A DNA stretch of 63,946 bases, filler included, from Polymyxa betae A26-41 (lineage: Eukaryota; Protista; Endomyxa: Phytomyxea): the NCBI GenBank assembly GCA_003693705.1. It is 5 parts of 5 records of this genome, joined end to end, with 100 filler letters (N's around TTAATTAATTAA, not from the genome) between each part and the next. Parts side by side here need not be neighbours in the genome. Positions count along the whole stretch, not along the records: positions 23,476 to 51,468 come from RBZT01000356.1; 4 more parts are not named here. One strand, 5' to 3'. Below, one piece after another: positions 36,801-48,400 of the stretch. The notes under the pieces are model-generated. The model did no database searches. It saw only the letters and a list, made by a program, of their open reading frames with translations, and was not told where the DNA came from. How positions within the stretch are numbered: position 1 is the first letter of the stretch; each line of letters starts with the position of its first letter. The position numbers and the translations under genes were made by a program.

Positions 36801-37517
36801 AGGCAAAAGAAGAGCATAAAATCGACAGGAAACGAAAACCACAGCACTAATCTGTGGAAAGAAAAAAAATGAATTTGAAAAATCAGATAAAAATGAAAAA
36901 AACCACAGGAAATTCAACAATTACGAGCTATTTGTAGAAAGCAATGCGAATAAGAATACCTTGAGATCGGCCATCATGATATAGCCAGCATCATGGACGT
37001 TAACGCCCATCATATTGCAGGCACTATCAATAAGCAGATCGACAATGTGGATCAACTCGGGTCGATACACTTTGCGATCGAAACCGCCATAAAACATATC
37101 TCTCACTAAATCAATCTGAAAGCACAGCAGTAAGCTCAGATGAAAACATAATTTGATAAAACCGATTGAAAGTTTCATAAAACTGTCACCTTTTTGGAAC
37201 TTCTAGCATTCGTAAAGAGGCAAAGCGCCAGAAGGAAGTTGTTATAGTTGATGGCATCGCGATGGTAGTAATCAAACAGGTTAAATACATGTTCAGCCAC
37301 TTCCGGTCCTATAGCGAAGAGCTTGATGAAACTTGCCAGATCAATAGTCCGATCATGGCGCCGAGAGACGATCTCCCGGAATCGTCGGCGGATTGCAACG
37401 AAATCGTCGATCGCACAAACTGAGTGCTCGAGTAAGTCGTTTGAGGGCGCCAGACAAGGATGCCCACTAACAGAGCTGGCAGAATTCGATCGACTTGCAC
37501 AACACCAACGACGTCAT
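33812..37517 (-). CDS. EF-hand-PH-pseudokinase protein, paralogue A (CDPK7-like architecture)
   Basis: Start MTSLVLCKSIEFCQL|F. EF-like AEHVFNLFDYYHRDAINYNNFL. PH HGYVFKQT..KRRWIVIRNNMMYSF..EQRDTWVKAI. Kinase YMMKYIDK..LRTE..LKYLHSHGMALG|VLGPCNILL..VDIGL..YVAPE..KADMWSAG. The 3' end is 33812 if the last intron is spliced, otherwise 34007. Confidence 0.85.
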
Positions 37518-38355
37518 ACTCAGATTGCTTAAATGGGATTGTAAAGTTCATCGCATTCTTTGCAGCAGCAAGTTGCGTCAAAATTCATCCAGTTTTGAGC
37601 GCACAAACTGCGCGGAGAGTTCGTCGACTTTGGTGAGCGAACCGACTGTATGGAACATTCACAGTCAAGGTCAGAAACTGCGCACACATTTCATCCAGTG
37701 TTTTGTGTCCACGTCTTCTTTCATTGATTTTGGTGCATCACGGGAGAGTGGTAACTGACGACGTCGCTGCTGCATCTGGTCATGATACCCCTCAATCAAT
37801 CTCAGTTTTACAAATGCGCTTTCTCACCACTCGATTGACAAATAAAATCTGGTTCTATCCTGGAAAAACGTGTGATTGCGAACTTGATTGTGAAAGTATG
37901 AAGGTTGTTTATTGGCTTTCGGGTGAGAAGGACGGATCCGAATCGGCGCAGCAGGGCTGACATGAGTATCCACAATCATCGAAGCCGCACCTCTGTGATT
38001 AGGGCACGAATGAAATCGGCCCGCCAGTTGACACTTGACCCCATCTGCGGATCCCGGCGGAATCCCGCCGCCTTGCTGCTGCATAATACAGGCCAGACCC
38101 GCAACGGTTAGACTGTTCTTGTTACGGTGTACCTGAATAAGCGGCTGAAACTGCTGCTCACCTCGCTGCTGCATCTTCTCAGTAGTTTTCATTCAGTGGC
38201 GCCATTGCCAGCCTCAATTTCTATGCGGTTATTATCTCTCTGCTTTTGCGATTATCTTCGCTCTCTCTTTCTTTCTAATGCTGGATATCCGCTATGCTTG
38301 TCTGAGGGACTCGTCGGCAATCAACAGCAGTCGCGAAACCTGCGAAAACCTTAGA

Positions 38356-38750
38356 CAGCCTGGCCTGTAACCGATATTCGCCAAGCCGTTGACTGGGTTT
38401 GACCCGGGTCGAACCTGGGTTGGGCCCGGGTTGACTGAAAAAAATTCTAATAAACTTTCAACCCTTGGTGCAGGCCAAACATGAACTGCAGTCTTTTTAC
38501 ATCTTTTCAAAGTGTAAACGGTCGTGATTTGACAACCCAATCGATATTAAAGGAAAAGTAGCATTTCAAGAACAGTTATGATGAATTATCCCCGAACTCC
38601 CGAAGAGACCGGATAATTCCGTAAAATCAGTAAGATCGGGTCGAACCCGTTCGACCCAGTCAAGGTTCGACCCGACCGAAACCCGACCCGAGCCGATTCA
38701 CCTGACCCGGGTCCGACTCAGTCCGGCTCGGTCCGGCTCGGGTCGGGCTC
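38356..38750. repeat. hAT-like subterminal (G)ACCCG/CGGGT repeat cluster (MITE-like)
   Basis: Dense GACCCG/CGGGTC/TCGGG motifs at 38390-38435 and 38635-38750. No clean TIR or TSD found. Confidence 0.5.
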
Positions 38751-39110
38751 ATTTAGTGCGTGACTGACAATGACTGGCACTGGCAATAGGCATGACAAAA
38801 TGTGCGTGCAGTCATCGGTATCAACATGCCCCAGAAAGTGAAAAATGCGATTGAGAATTTGCAAAATAAAGTGCGTCTGGCCCAAAGTGCGCAACTTGCA
38901 ATTGTAACATTAGTTCGTGAGAAGTTGAACAGCCACCTGTCTGTCAGTTTGATCAGTTCCAACCAAGCAGTAAAGAGAATCTCGGCTGCAAGCGCACAAC
39001 TCGTATCTGCGCCAAGAATTTCGATTTCGCCATCCGAATCTGTCAGTTTCATCGGAGCTGCGCAGTCTCGTTCATTGCGTTTGCAGTCAGCAAACCCTCT
39101 GAGCGGCACG

Positions 39111-39656
39111 ATGCGGCTGAAACTGACCCGTCCACAGCTCATGCTGTCGTGCTTCCCCATCTTGATCACGGCCACGATGATTTTGAATCTGTTCCGAGGC
39201 CCGATAGATCCGGAGGCCGTGACGCCGCAGACGCTGGCCCATCTGATCGCAGCCGCAGGCCGGGACTTGGTCTCGCAGTTCAATCCGGACACGTACGCCC
39301 AATTAACCCGCATGCTGGACATCTGGCAGCGTAAATACCAGACGCGTCATTTGACAGGAAAATTTCGACGCGAAGTGCGCCGCACTCAGGCCCGGATGGA
39401 TGGGGCTCGCGGGCTTTTCCAGAATCAGATGCGCCGCGGACTCGCCGAGTTGCTGGCCCGATATGAAGAGGTCCGAAAGCAGGTCACAGCGGAAGCACTG
39501 CGGAGTTTGGAGCAGCTGCGAGACGAGTGGCTGCACCAGTTCGCCTGGTATATCTGGAGCACGGACGCCGCATTTCAGGAACGAGTCCGCCACGTACTGG
39601 CCGAGGTTGAACGGCTCCTGCGACAGAATCCGGGAGTAAACAAGGTCGTACAATAA
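39111..39656 (+). CDS. Small helical protein with N-terminal hydrophobic segment (181 aa), candidate secreted protein
   Basis: GC-rich intronless ORF from ATG 39111: MRLKLTRPQLMLSCFPILITATMILNLF, then amphipathic helices. The upstream in-frame extension has non-coding composition. Confidence 0.65.
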   Translation: MRLKLTRPQLMLSCFPILITATMILNLFRGPIDPEAVTPQTLAHLIAAAGRDLVSQFNPDTYAQLTRMLDIWQRKYQTRHLTGKFRREVRRTQARMDGARGLFQNQMRRGLAELLARYEEVRKQVTAEALRSLEQLRDEWLHQFAWYIWSTDAAFQERVRHVLAEVERLLRQNPGVNKVVQ

Positions 39657-39861
39657 CGTTACCGCACATCTTTGTATCTTTCGAGGTTCAAACGTCGTAA
39701 CGCTTACGGAACGTCATAAGGCTCCGTGTTCAGCAAATTCCAAGGGTTAACGGAACCGACTGAAATTGTTGAACATTGCAGCGTAGAGAAAACGTTACAT
39801 AATTACGTTACAAAGTTCCGATTATTGTTATTAAAATCTACTACCTAGTTTAGGCCGGTAA

Positions 39862-40193
39862 CAATCGTGCAGAAAATAGCGTAGAGCGCTGCTAGTCATT
39901 TAAATGATTCACACAAGTGGATAGTTTGCGTTACAGTTCAAGTTCAATCAAGTAACGAGATGAACAGTAACGATTATCATGTCAGCAGGGTCGGCGGTCG
40001 CTGGGAATGGGCGCGACCTGCTTCAGTTCTCCGGCCTCCGCGAGTTTGGTCGTACAATGATGCGTGGGTCCGTACACCTTTCCGCGAAAATTTTCAAATC
40101 TTGAATCGTAATTTCGGCAGCGTCATCTGGAAAGGCATCTGGGCCGCGTCGCAAATCCACCGCAACCGTAACGTATCAGAGGCGGAGTAGCGC
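39862..40193 (-). pseudogene. Duplicated 3' end of pseudokinase paralogue B
   Basis: High identity to ~45250-45614 (last coding exon plus 3' flank), with a ~35-bp deletion spanning the stop codon and small indels. Confidence 0.9.
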
Positions 40194-41454
40194 GGAAGTA
40201 ATGCTGTAATTGAGGCCATGTATGATGCCGAGAACGAGTGACATTAATCCTCCCAGCCTGTTCTGAATTACAAGTTGACATCCGTGATTTAACATCGCTT
40301 TCTCTCTTGATCACAAACAGCTAATCACAACGCTCCTTTCAAGCTGCAATATTGTCTACTTTTGAGCAATTGAATACCGGTTGATCGTGCAGAAAATGGC
40401 GGCTTGATCTATCTGCCTTAATGCTGTACTTAGCAAAAATCTGGATATTTGCCGTGACGAAGGCAAAGATCAAACGATATTTGGATCGCGGGTCGCCAGT
40501 CATTGAATACTGCACGAGAGAGAGAGAGAGAATAAAGGCTGAGGAGGTGCTTGCGTCTGATCATCTTCAGCAACCGTTTAGTTATTGACGGTTCCGCTGG
40601 CTCGTCTGCAGCGTCGGGCCCGACTCCGACGCCGCTGCCAACGATGTCGTTGCGTTCGTTGTTAATCAACTTCCAGGTTTGAAATGTTTGGATGTCTGCA
40701 GCTCATCGGTTTATATTGGAATCTCTTCGTCTTTAGAGGGTAGGGAATCCGGCCCGAAGGCATCCGGTACAGAAAACAGGAACTGTTCATGATTGATACG
40801 AAAGGACACTTCGCTATCCTTCAGAAAAGTCTGTATCTATCTATTTTTTATTATGTTTTTGGATCACAAATGCCTGCAAAAACCATGCTCCTTTGTAAAG
40901 CTTTAATAAAAAACAGATTTCACGGTAATTGCAAATAAGAAACAATGTTGTTATTTCCATACTTCATATGCCTTGTATACTTTTTTGTCGTCGCAATAAA
41001 GAATCTCCTCCGATTCGTTTCGTGAAAATCGTTGCTGATGTGGATTCCCGTCATGATGATCTGAACAGTACAAATGCAAGCAATATAACGATTCTTTCGG
41101 CTTGTTGTCAAGGCCCCGACAATGGGGCAACCCCATCAGCGCTGTAAGCACGATAAGTGATAACCTTAGGATAGCCAAGATTCCCACAACGAGAGCTGAA
41201 GAAAAAACTACATGGGTCCTGGACCCATACAAAATCAGGATGTTATCTGATATCCGTTTCTGGGATTTCTTACGGGCTTAAAGCGTTAGGTGGCTGGAGG
41301 CTATAGAGAGTCTGAACACCAGAAGCGATCTACTTTGTCTATCTAAGAGCTTGTCAAGTTATTCGAACAAACCAGCGAATAGTGAAACGACTAATGTACA
41401 GGAATCTCAGAGTGAATTTCATAAAAACTTTATTGATGCATCGGACAAGACAGA

Positions 41455-42396
41455 TCACCTGCGGAAGAGCGATTCTGGACGGAAATGATAGGCCCGGGTG
41501 TTGCTGGTCAGATTCGTGAATCGATGTTTCTGTGCAATAAGTCGGTAAACGAACCCCTGACAGCCTTCCTTTCCATCATAGCAGATCCTGGTCGATTGTA
41601 GATCATCGAAGATCATATTCGCACAGGATAGATCCCATTTATAGCTCACAAAGCTGATCAGATCTTCGAAGACTTGTCTCCTATCAGGTCGAACAATCAT
41701 CGATTTCCCAATCCAGCGATTATTCAGAAATGAATCTTTCCCCGATCTATCATCTTGGGTGAAAATCTCCTGAATGCTCACGCCAGATGCATATCCTGTA
41801 ATCAGCCAGAACATCCATCTTGTCGATTTCGAACTTTGCTTGATGATATCGGCAAAGTGCTGCAGACCGATTCGAGGCAGGTTTGGACTCCAGCCGAACC
41901 GTCCCAGATCCGAGGCGATTTTCCTTTTCGCAGATTGAAGCGTTTTCGGTAGCGAATGCCTCTCACAGAACACGGCGACTTCGGTAAAGCACGTGAAGAC
42001 GCTGATCGAGCTGAGCAGATTATCGCAGAGCTTCGCGGCTCCATCCGACATCATAAAATCAGCGATATGAGCGACCGCCAGGACGTCATCAGGACGATCC
42101 GCGCTCAGCTTGACCAGGCCGTACACGACCTTGAGATAGAGTTCGAAGCAGGACGTCTTATCGCATTTGGCGTGGAAAGAGAAACAGGAATCAGGGAGGT
42201 CGATGGTGACAGATTTCATGGCATTGGCGACTTCGAGTCCATCTGCTTGCCAATGCAGAAATTGCTCCAGATAACGACTAGCAGGACACATGACGACCCG
42301 ATGACATTGGAACGATCGATCGCCGACAACCAGCACCAGATCGCAGCATTGCCCATTGTTGTAGAGAGCGTTGACGATCGTCTCGGCGTTGAACAT
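41455..42396 (-). CDS. BTB/POZ (BACK-like) domain protein, 313 aa, intronless
   Basis: LYNNGQCCDLVLVVGDRSFQCHRVVMCPASRYL..FELYLKVVYG..VLAVAHIADFM..LCDNLL. Confidence 0.88.
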   Translation of the reverse strand: MFNAETIVNALYNNGQCCDLVLVVGDRSFQCHRVVMCPASRYLEQFLHWQADGLEVANAMKSVTIDLPDSCFSFHAKCDKTSCFELYLKVVYGLVKLSADRPDDVLAVAHIADFMMSDGAAKLCDNLLSSISVFTCFTEVAVFCERHSLPKTLQSAKRKIASDLGRFGWSPNLPRIGLQHFADIIKQSSKSTRWMFWLITGYASGVSIQEIFTQDDRSGKDSFLNNRWIGKSMIVRPDRRQVFEDLISFVSYKWDLSCANMIFDDLQSTRICYDGKEGCQGFVYRLIAQKHRFTNLTSNTRAYHFRPESLFRR

Positions 42397-43257
42397 GGCG
42401 AGCGATGGGCGTTCTGCTGGATCTGTCTTGCGAATGGGTTGACGATTAGATGGTAATAAGGGATATTATACCATGTGGTGATGGAGCGATCCGCTGCCCC
42501 GATTGGATCAGAATTGAGACGAAGCATTGCGTATTCATCGCATTGGAAAGTTCATGCGAATCGATTGAGGAAGATTGTTAGAACTTTGGTGGCGATCAAC
42601 TAACAACAAACAGCCAACAGAACATTGGTTGACAATAGATGGGTTTTAACTGGGAGAAAACGTACTCAAAAGCCAGATAGAGGCACATAAACTTACATTC
42701 GATGACTTGAGAAATCGAGCTGATAATTGGAATATTAAATACCAACGGTATCAAATTTCGGCTCGAAAAAAACCAAAGGATAAAAGGATCCTGCTGTACT
42801 TTACTGAAAGTTGAATGGTAAGGCTCATTTTAGGAGATGATGAAATAATATAACAGAGCGGGATGCAAAATCATTCCTCGTGCTACTTTTCTACTTTCGG
42901 AAAACAAAAGTAGAGCACAGTTTAAGAGTTAAACATGAATAAACATCCTTTACTCAAATACTATTGTGAGAGTTTTTGTTTTTCACACAAAGTGAATTCG
43001 ACTTCAACAAATTCCAGCCTGCAAGTAACGATTCTACAGTTTTGTTGGAAGAATTTGAGCGGCAAGACGGATAGAGAGGACATACTCCTGCCATTGCTTA
43101 CATGACTGATTTCATCTTCATTGAAGAGTCTCCTATCTGTCAGAGTATAAATGGTACCGCCAATCCATCACAGATAAACCCTTCCTTGGATCACACGAAA
43201 TCAATCGTAGCTGTATACGCAGAATGGTCCAGAATAGCTTCTTGTTCGGCGTAATTC

Positions 43258-43677
43258 ATGTTGACGATGTCGAGGAAGTGCTGTGAAGCCGACCAATGCA
43301 AATTGGAGACGATTCTCGGTTGTCTTCTTCAGGCGTTTTCGGTAGACACGCCTCGGGCAATCTCAGTTACAGAATCCAACGAAATTCAGACGATTATCAC
43401 AGAGCAGTACAGCTGTTACAGATATCTTGAAATGAGTAATCTCAGCGATCGCCAACGACTCTTGCCAATGCTGATGTTTACATATAGGCTTATGCAGGCC
43501 CTGCTTAAGCACGTAGAGGGTAATGCTGAACTCACTGATCTCGTTCGGGAAGCGGAGAGCCAGTATGCCCCCAACTACCATTATCAGGCGGATCGATTCT
43601 CCCGAGTTCACAATCGTCAACGGCTCCGTTTCCATCTGAAGAGCACTGCCGAATTCGCTCCAGCTAATAACGACTAG
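43258..43677 (+). CDS. Hypothetical protein or gene fragment
   Basis: 139-aa ORF with helical-looking composition followed by AT-rich DNA. No motif recognised. Confidence 0.3.
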   Translation: MLTMSRKCCEADQCKLETILGCLLQAFSVDTPRAISVTESNEIQTIITEQYSCYRYLEMSNLSDRQRLLPMLMFTYRLMQALLKHVEGNAELTDLVREAESQYAPNYHYQADRFSRVHNRQRLRFHLKSTAEFAPANND

Positions 43678-43899
43678 CTGGAATCATCTTTGGCCATTGA
43701 CACGGCGAAGATGGGGGAATCGCAATCCGACTAAACCGACCTCACTTTCAATAACAATCCCATAGAAAACAGCTAAAAGAAGTGGAACACCATCAGATCT
43801 TAATGAATATAAGGAATAATCGACTTCAAAACAACAAAAAAAAAACATCGAATTAGAAGAAAACAAATTGAATTAACAGTTATGTGTCAGAGACGCATT

Positions 43900-44490
43900 C
43901 GAGCAAAGAGCAGATCAATACGATGCCAGAGCAAGAGATCATCCGGACGAATATCCTTGAAGCGCTTACGAGATGCAATTTCCATCGCAACGACGCTCTT
44001 GCAAAACATAGAATTGATCAGTTGATAGCAGAACGCCCAGATATCTCTATATGGACAGATGGCAGCCTGTGTCGCTTCACTAATAAGGTAGAATCAGGCG
44101 CAGCTGCCATTATCAATATCTTAAATCTTGACCTTCTCAGCACAATCTTTGAACTCGAAATCCAGAGTACTTTTGAAACCTGGGAAATACAACGTCTAGC
44201 AACGAGATTGAGATCACGGCTTTACAGGCGTGATTAGAGACTATATTGGCACTAAATCCATGTGAGCGACACATCCATAGACTCCCTGTCATGTCTACAG
44301 CATACTATACCATACAAATTCTATTATACAAATTCAGTAGTGAAAGACGTTGCAGAGAAATTCGCCAGTTTTGAAATGCAGCAAACTCTGTTGATTGTAT
44401 CCCGAGCTATACAGAACAAATTCCAGAGAGCAACCGAGTTGATAGCCTCGCCAAAAACGCTAATCGCGACGAAATTTCGTCCTACCAGCT
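43900..44490 (+). mobile_element. RNase H relic of a non-LTR retrotransposon
   Basis: ISIWTDGS..SGAAAII..E..DSLSCLQ, frameshifted. Confidence 0.6.
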
Positions 44491-44699
44491 GAGTTTTAAC
44501 GGCCCTGCCTGCTAAGTCCGTATATCTACAACCCGGGTTCCATCGTTATAGATTGCTGTCTGTATTCTCCCTTTATGATTATTGCGTCATGCTTTCACGC
44601 CTGGCTATTTCGAGCTCAGGTTCGATCCATCACTGTCGAGTCCATCTTTGATGGTATCGCCTGCTGTGATTTATTCTCTCAGTGAAGAACTGAAAGATA

Positions 44700-45050
44700 A
44701 TGTTTCAATGAACAATGTTTGTGAGGGCGATTCCCCCGTCGGAACAGTGTTTCGGTCATTAGCAGTCGCTAGGCAAGAATGCGATCAGTTTTTTCTTGCT
44801 TTCCACTGTACCAGAATAGCACAAAATTTGAAGTTTGTAAACTTGTGTTGTTTCCGGGCTGGAACAATTCTATCAAGAAAAGAGTCGAAAGTCAATAAAA
44901 CATTTCAAAGGGAGCGGGAGACCAAAAAATGCAATTGTCCTTTTATCATCAAGCTCGCGCAGTGCTCCGATCACGCTTATATAAGAGCTATAAAACGAAC
45001 ACAATCACGAATGGTGAAATGATGACGAATCGGCGGTACTGGCTCAGAAT
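44700..45050 (+). mobile_element. FAR1/WRKY-like DNA-binding fragment of a MULE
   Basis: VGTVFRSL..C.RAG..RETKKCNCPFIIKL..HNH. Confidence 0.6.
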
Positions 45051-45403
45051 ATAATTCATTCCTAGAGGCGTTCAGATAAGATGCTGGAATTGGGAACAGC
45101 CTCGGTTTGCTATCATGCGCCCAAAAAATGACTCTGATTGTAAACGAGCACTTTTTGATGACTAAAAACCAAGGACAGGATGTGCCACGGAGTATCGGTT
45201 ATCAGGGTAGACACGGTACTATTTAGTCTTTCAGGCTCGTAAAGTTCATAATCGTGCAAAAAAAATAGCGTCGAGCGCTGATCGTCATTAAATGATTCAC
45301 AAAGTGGATAGATTACGTTACAGTTGAAGTTCAGTCAAGTAACGAGATGAACAGTAACGATTATCATGTGTATTTGTAAACAATGTTGCGGCACTGCGCC
45401 TGA

Positions 45404-48400
45404 TCAGCAGGGTCGGCCGTCGCTGGGAATGGGCGCGACCTGCTTCAGTTCTCCGGCCTCCGCGAGTTGGGTCGTACAATGATGCGTGGGTCCGTACACC
45501 TGTCCGCGGAAATTGTCAATCTTTAATCGTAATTTCGGCAGCGTCATCTGGAAAGGCATCTGGGCCGCGTCGCAAATCCACCGCAACCGTAACGTATCAG
45601 ACGCGGAGTAGCGCCGTGACGGATTCCGGTTCAGCAGCCGCTTTAGAGTGTTTAAGACTTCCGGGCTACCCTGAGTCCGTATCAAATCCAGCTTGTCATC
45701 TTTCGCCTAAAAGGATAACGTAAGCGGGTAACGTAGCGTGCAGTCAGATTATGTTACGGCTTTCAGGTTGTTGAGGTTGGAGCCCGGCGTCAGCAGGCGG
45801 TATATGATGGCGCCGACGCTCCACATATCGGCCTTGGGACCGAACTGCGCGCGGAGTTCGGCCTCCGGGGCAATAAACGAATGCGTCTCGTCGTCCAGCG
45901 CCGATACGAAGAACTTTCGCAGTCCGATATCAACCAACTATTGCATGAGTTAAACCGCAGTCAGGAGCAAAATATGCGAGAATCGAAAACTGAAGAGCAA
46001 TTTGAAATATTACAAAACCATTGATCAGAAAGCAAGTCCGAACACGGGGAGGCGAGTGCACGTCCCGAAAACCTTTCAAATAGAAGCAAGTCGAAAAGTG
46101 AAAATGCGCCGATATTTGCAGCCCCATTGCAGAATTTTGATAAGTAAATACAAATTGTCAAGTGTGTGACGTCAGAGGAACGAAGATCAGAAGCGAAACT
46201 GCGCAATGATTTTCATAACAGTGCAAAATGCGAGAAAATAGTGCGCAGTGTCAAAAAGTGCGATAAAAATGCGAAGTCACTTGCCTGAATGCGATGCGGA
46301 CGAAGCCGATCAAGTTCAACGACGATATTGGCGGGTCCGAAGGCGCTGCAAGACGCATCAGTTTGCTGTCCGTTCGAGGTGATCGTACATACCCGAGTAC
46401 CATCCCGTGACTATGAAGGAACTGCAGCCCGGCTATGGCCTGGCGCATGATCAGCGCCACACTATTGACCGACATGGTTCCGCCCACGCCTATAATCTCA
46501 TCTAGACGAACCCAACCTACATAGTCATGTTAGCTCAACTGTTTTCGATGAATTTTTTTGAAAAATATTTGATTAACATTTCTTTGCAGGTTTGAATGAG
46601 AATCTCGAAAGGAAATGTGAAGACAAACGTGTTGGAAAAGATTGAGAAATGAGTTCATATTACGGGGAATGAAGTGCCTTAAGATGTAAATCTTAGCGCG
46701 GTCTTCATATATAGCCACAGATTGGGCAATATCGTGGTGATCGGCGAATCGCAGAACGCCGCATTCCGTGCGCAACGAGGCCAGATCGTTTTCCTTCACC
46801 ACTACGGCTCAGTATCAGTTTGTTGATGATGCCCCCGACGGACGAGTACGAACAAGATTTGTCGATAAATTTCAGCATATAATGATGACCGGTCATTGCT
46901 CCTTTACATTCGAACACGTTAGGGAGACAGGGATGCACTAGACTGCTCATTTGATAATGATCCTAAGACAAACAAACACCCGTGGTTAGGTTTCATGAAA
47001 TTCAAAATGTTGAATTTCAAGAAACAAAATTAAAGACAAAGGTAAAAAAAGCGAAACTGAACGACCACATATTCACGATTCTGAAAATTTTAAAGTCGAT
47101 AAAAACACTTCTAATAAAAAGTAAAATTGTCACAGAGTATCAGAGAGGAGTATTCAAGAGAATTCTTACTGCAAGGTCGAAAATTGCGGCGGCGATGCGG
47201 ACAGCGCGGATCCATCGATCTCGCTGTTCGGCAGTCTGAAGATAGATAATACGCGCCAAGTTGGCCAGCGGCGAGACGAGCTTCAAGGCGAAGCGCGGTT
47301 TGGTGGCCTCTGGCGTCACTTCGTCCGGAATCGGATCGCAAAGCGCTCCGCATAACGGTATCACAATATTCGGCTTCATGGACGTCTCCTTATGGAACGA
47401 GTACAGCATGTTGTTGCGGATTACGACCCAGCGACGTTTCAACCGCTAACTAGGGTTTTAGGGTTTCGTTGGGTCGGATTTCCAGTAAACTTACATTCAG
47501 AAACCAGGTCTGTTTGTAGACGTAGCCTTGGATGGGAGACAAGCATTCTTCGGACTCCCATGGCCGCTGTCCGTTCAGTCTAGGATGTAACGTTTCGATG
47601 GTTGCGCCGGTAACGTAAATCCCCGTACCTGGATTCCGGAAAGATGTAGCGATGCAGGTCGTCGTCCACCCGGAGCGTCCTCGCATTCGATTTCTGGAAA
47701 AGGTTCGTTGCATTGGTGGCTCCACTGGCGACGCTCAAAGCGAAATCTTGCAGCTCGACGAACGTGTTATTGACTTCGATCTGACATCACTGGGTCAGAA
47801 GATCCGGCGACAGGAGACATCGAAGATGTCGTTACCAACTGATAGAGCTCCTTGAGCGTGACCCAATCGCGGACTTTCAGCTTACTGAGCAGTATGTCGA
47901 CGACCTCATTCGCCTGAAACTATGCCTCAACAAATGCCGAACAGCCGCCACGACAAAATTCTAAAAGGATAAAAATGGTTTTTTGTAAATAAAAATTGCG
48001 AAAATATGATTATTGAAAACAAAAACAGCTGTTGTGAAAACGTGAAAACAAACAATAAAACAGGACGAATGAAACATAAAAAAAAGGATTTCGGAACGAT
48101 AAAAGATTCGGAGTCGTGGAAACGTTCTGCTAATTTGGAAAGATTTGAAAGAAAACGCGAAACTTTGTGAAACATTTCAGTGCAGTTCAGCGCCAATCGG
48201 CCGCACCTTGATATCGGCATTGTTGATATACTCGGGATCGTGAATGTTGACGGTCATCAAGTTACAGGCGTTGTCGATGACCAAATCCACGATGTGGAGC
48301 AGTTCGGGGCGGTAAACCTCCCGATCGTTCCCAACACAGAAGATCTCGCGAATCCTGTATCGGTCGGACCAGATATCGAATTTAATTACATCAATCGCAC

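Noticed and set aside
37680-38330. Upstream exons of pseudokinase A (ORF 37824-38192)
   Set aside because: Paralogue alignment places both starts at MxSxxxxKSxEFC (37517 and 48995). This upstream DNA has in-frame stops and no recognisable motif.
38753-39110. N-terminal extension of the 284-aa ORF and the antisense 189-aa ORF
   Set aside because: Non-ATG start and promoter-like composition; the antisense ORF is a shadow of the GC-rich coding region.
40430-41232. Spliced secreted-protein gene on the minus strand
   Set aside because: Hydrophobic segment lacks an ATG and the putative second exon has a stop and frameshift; at best a pseudogene.
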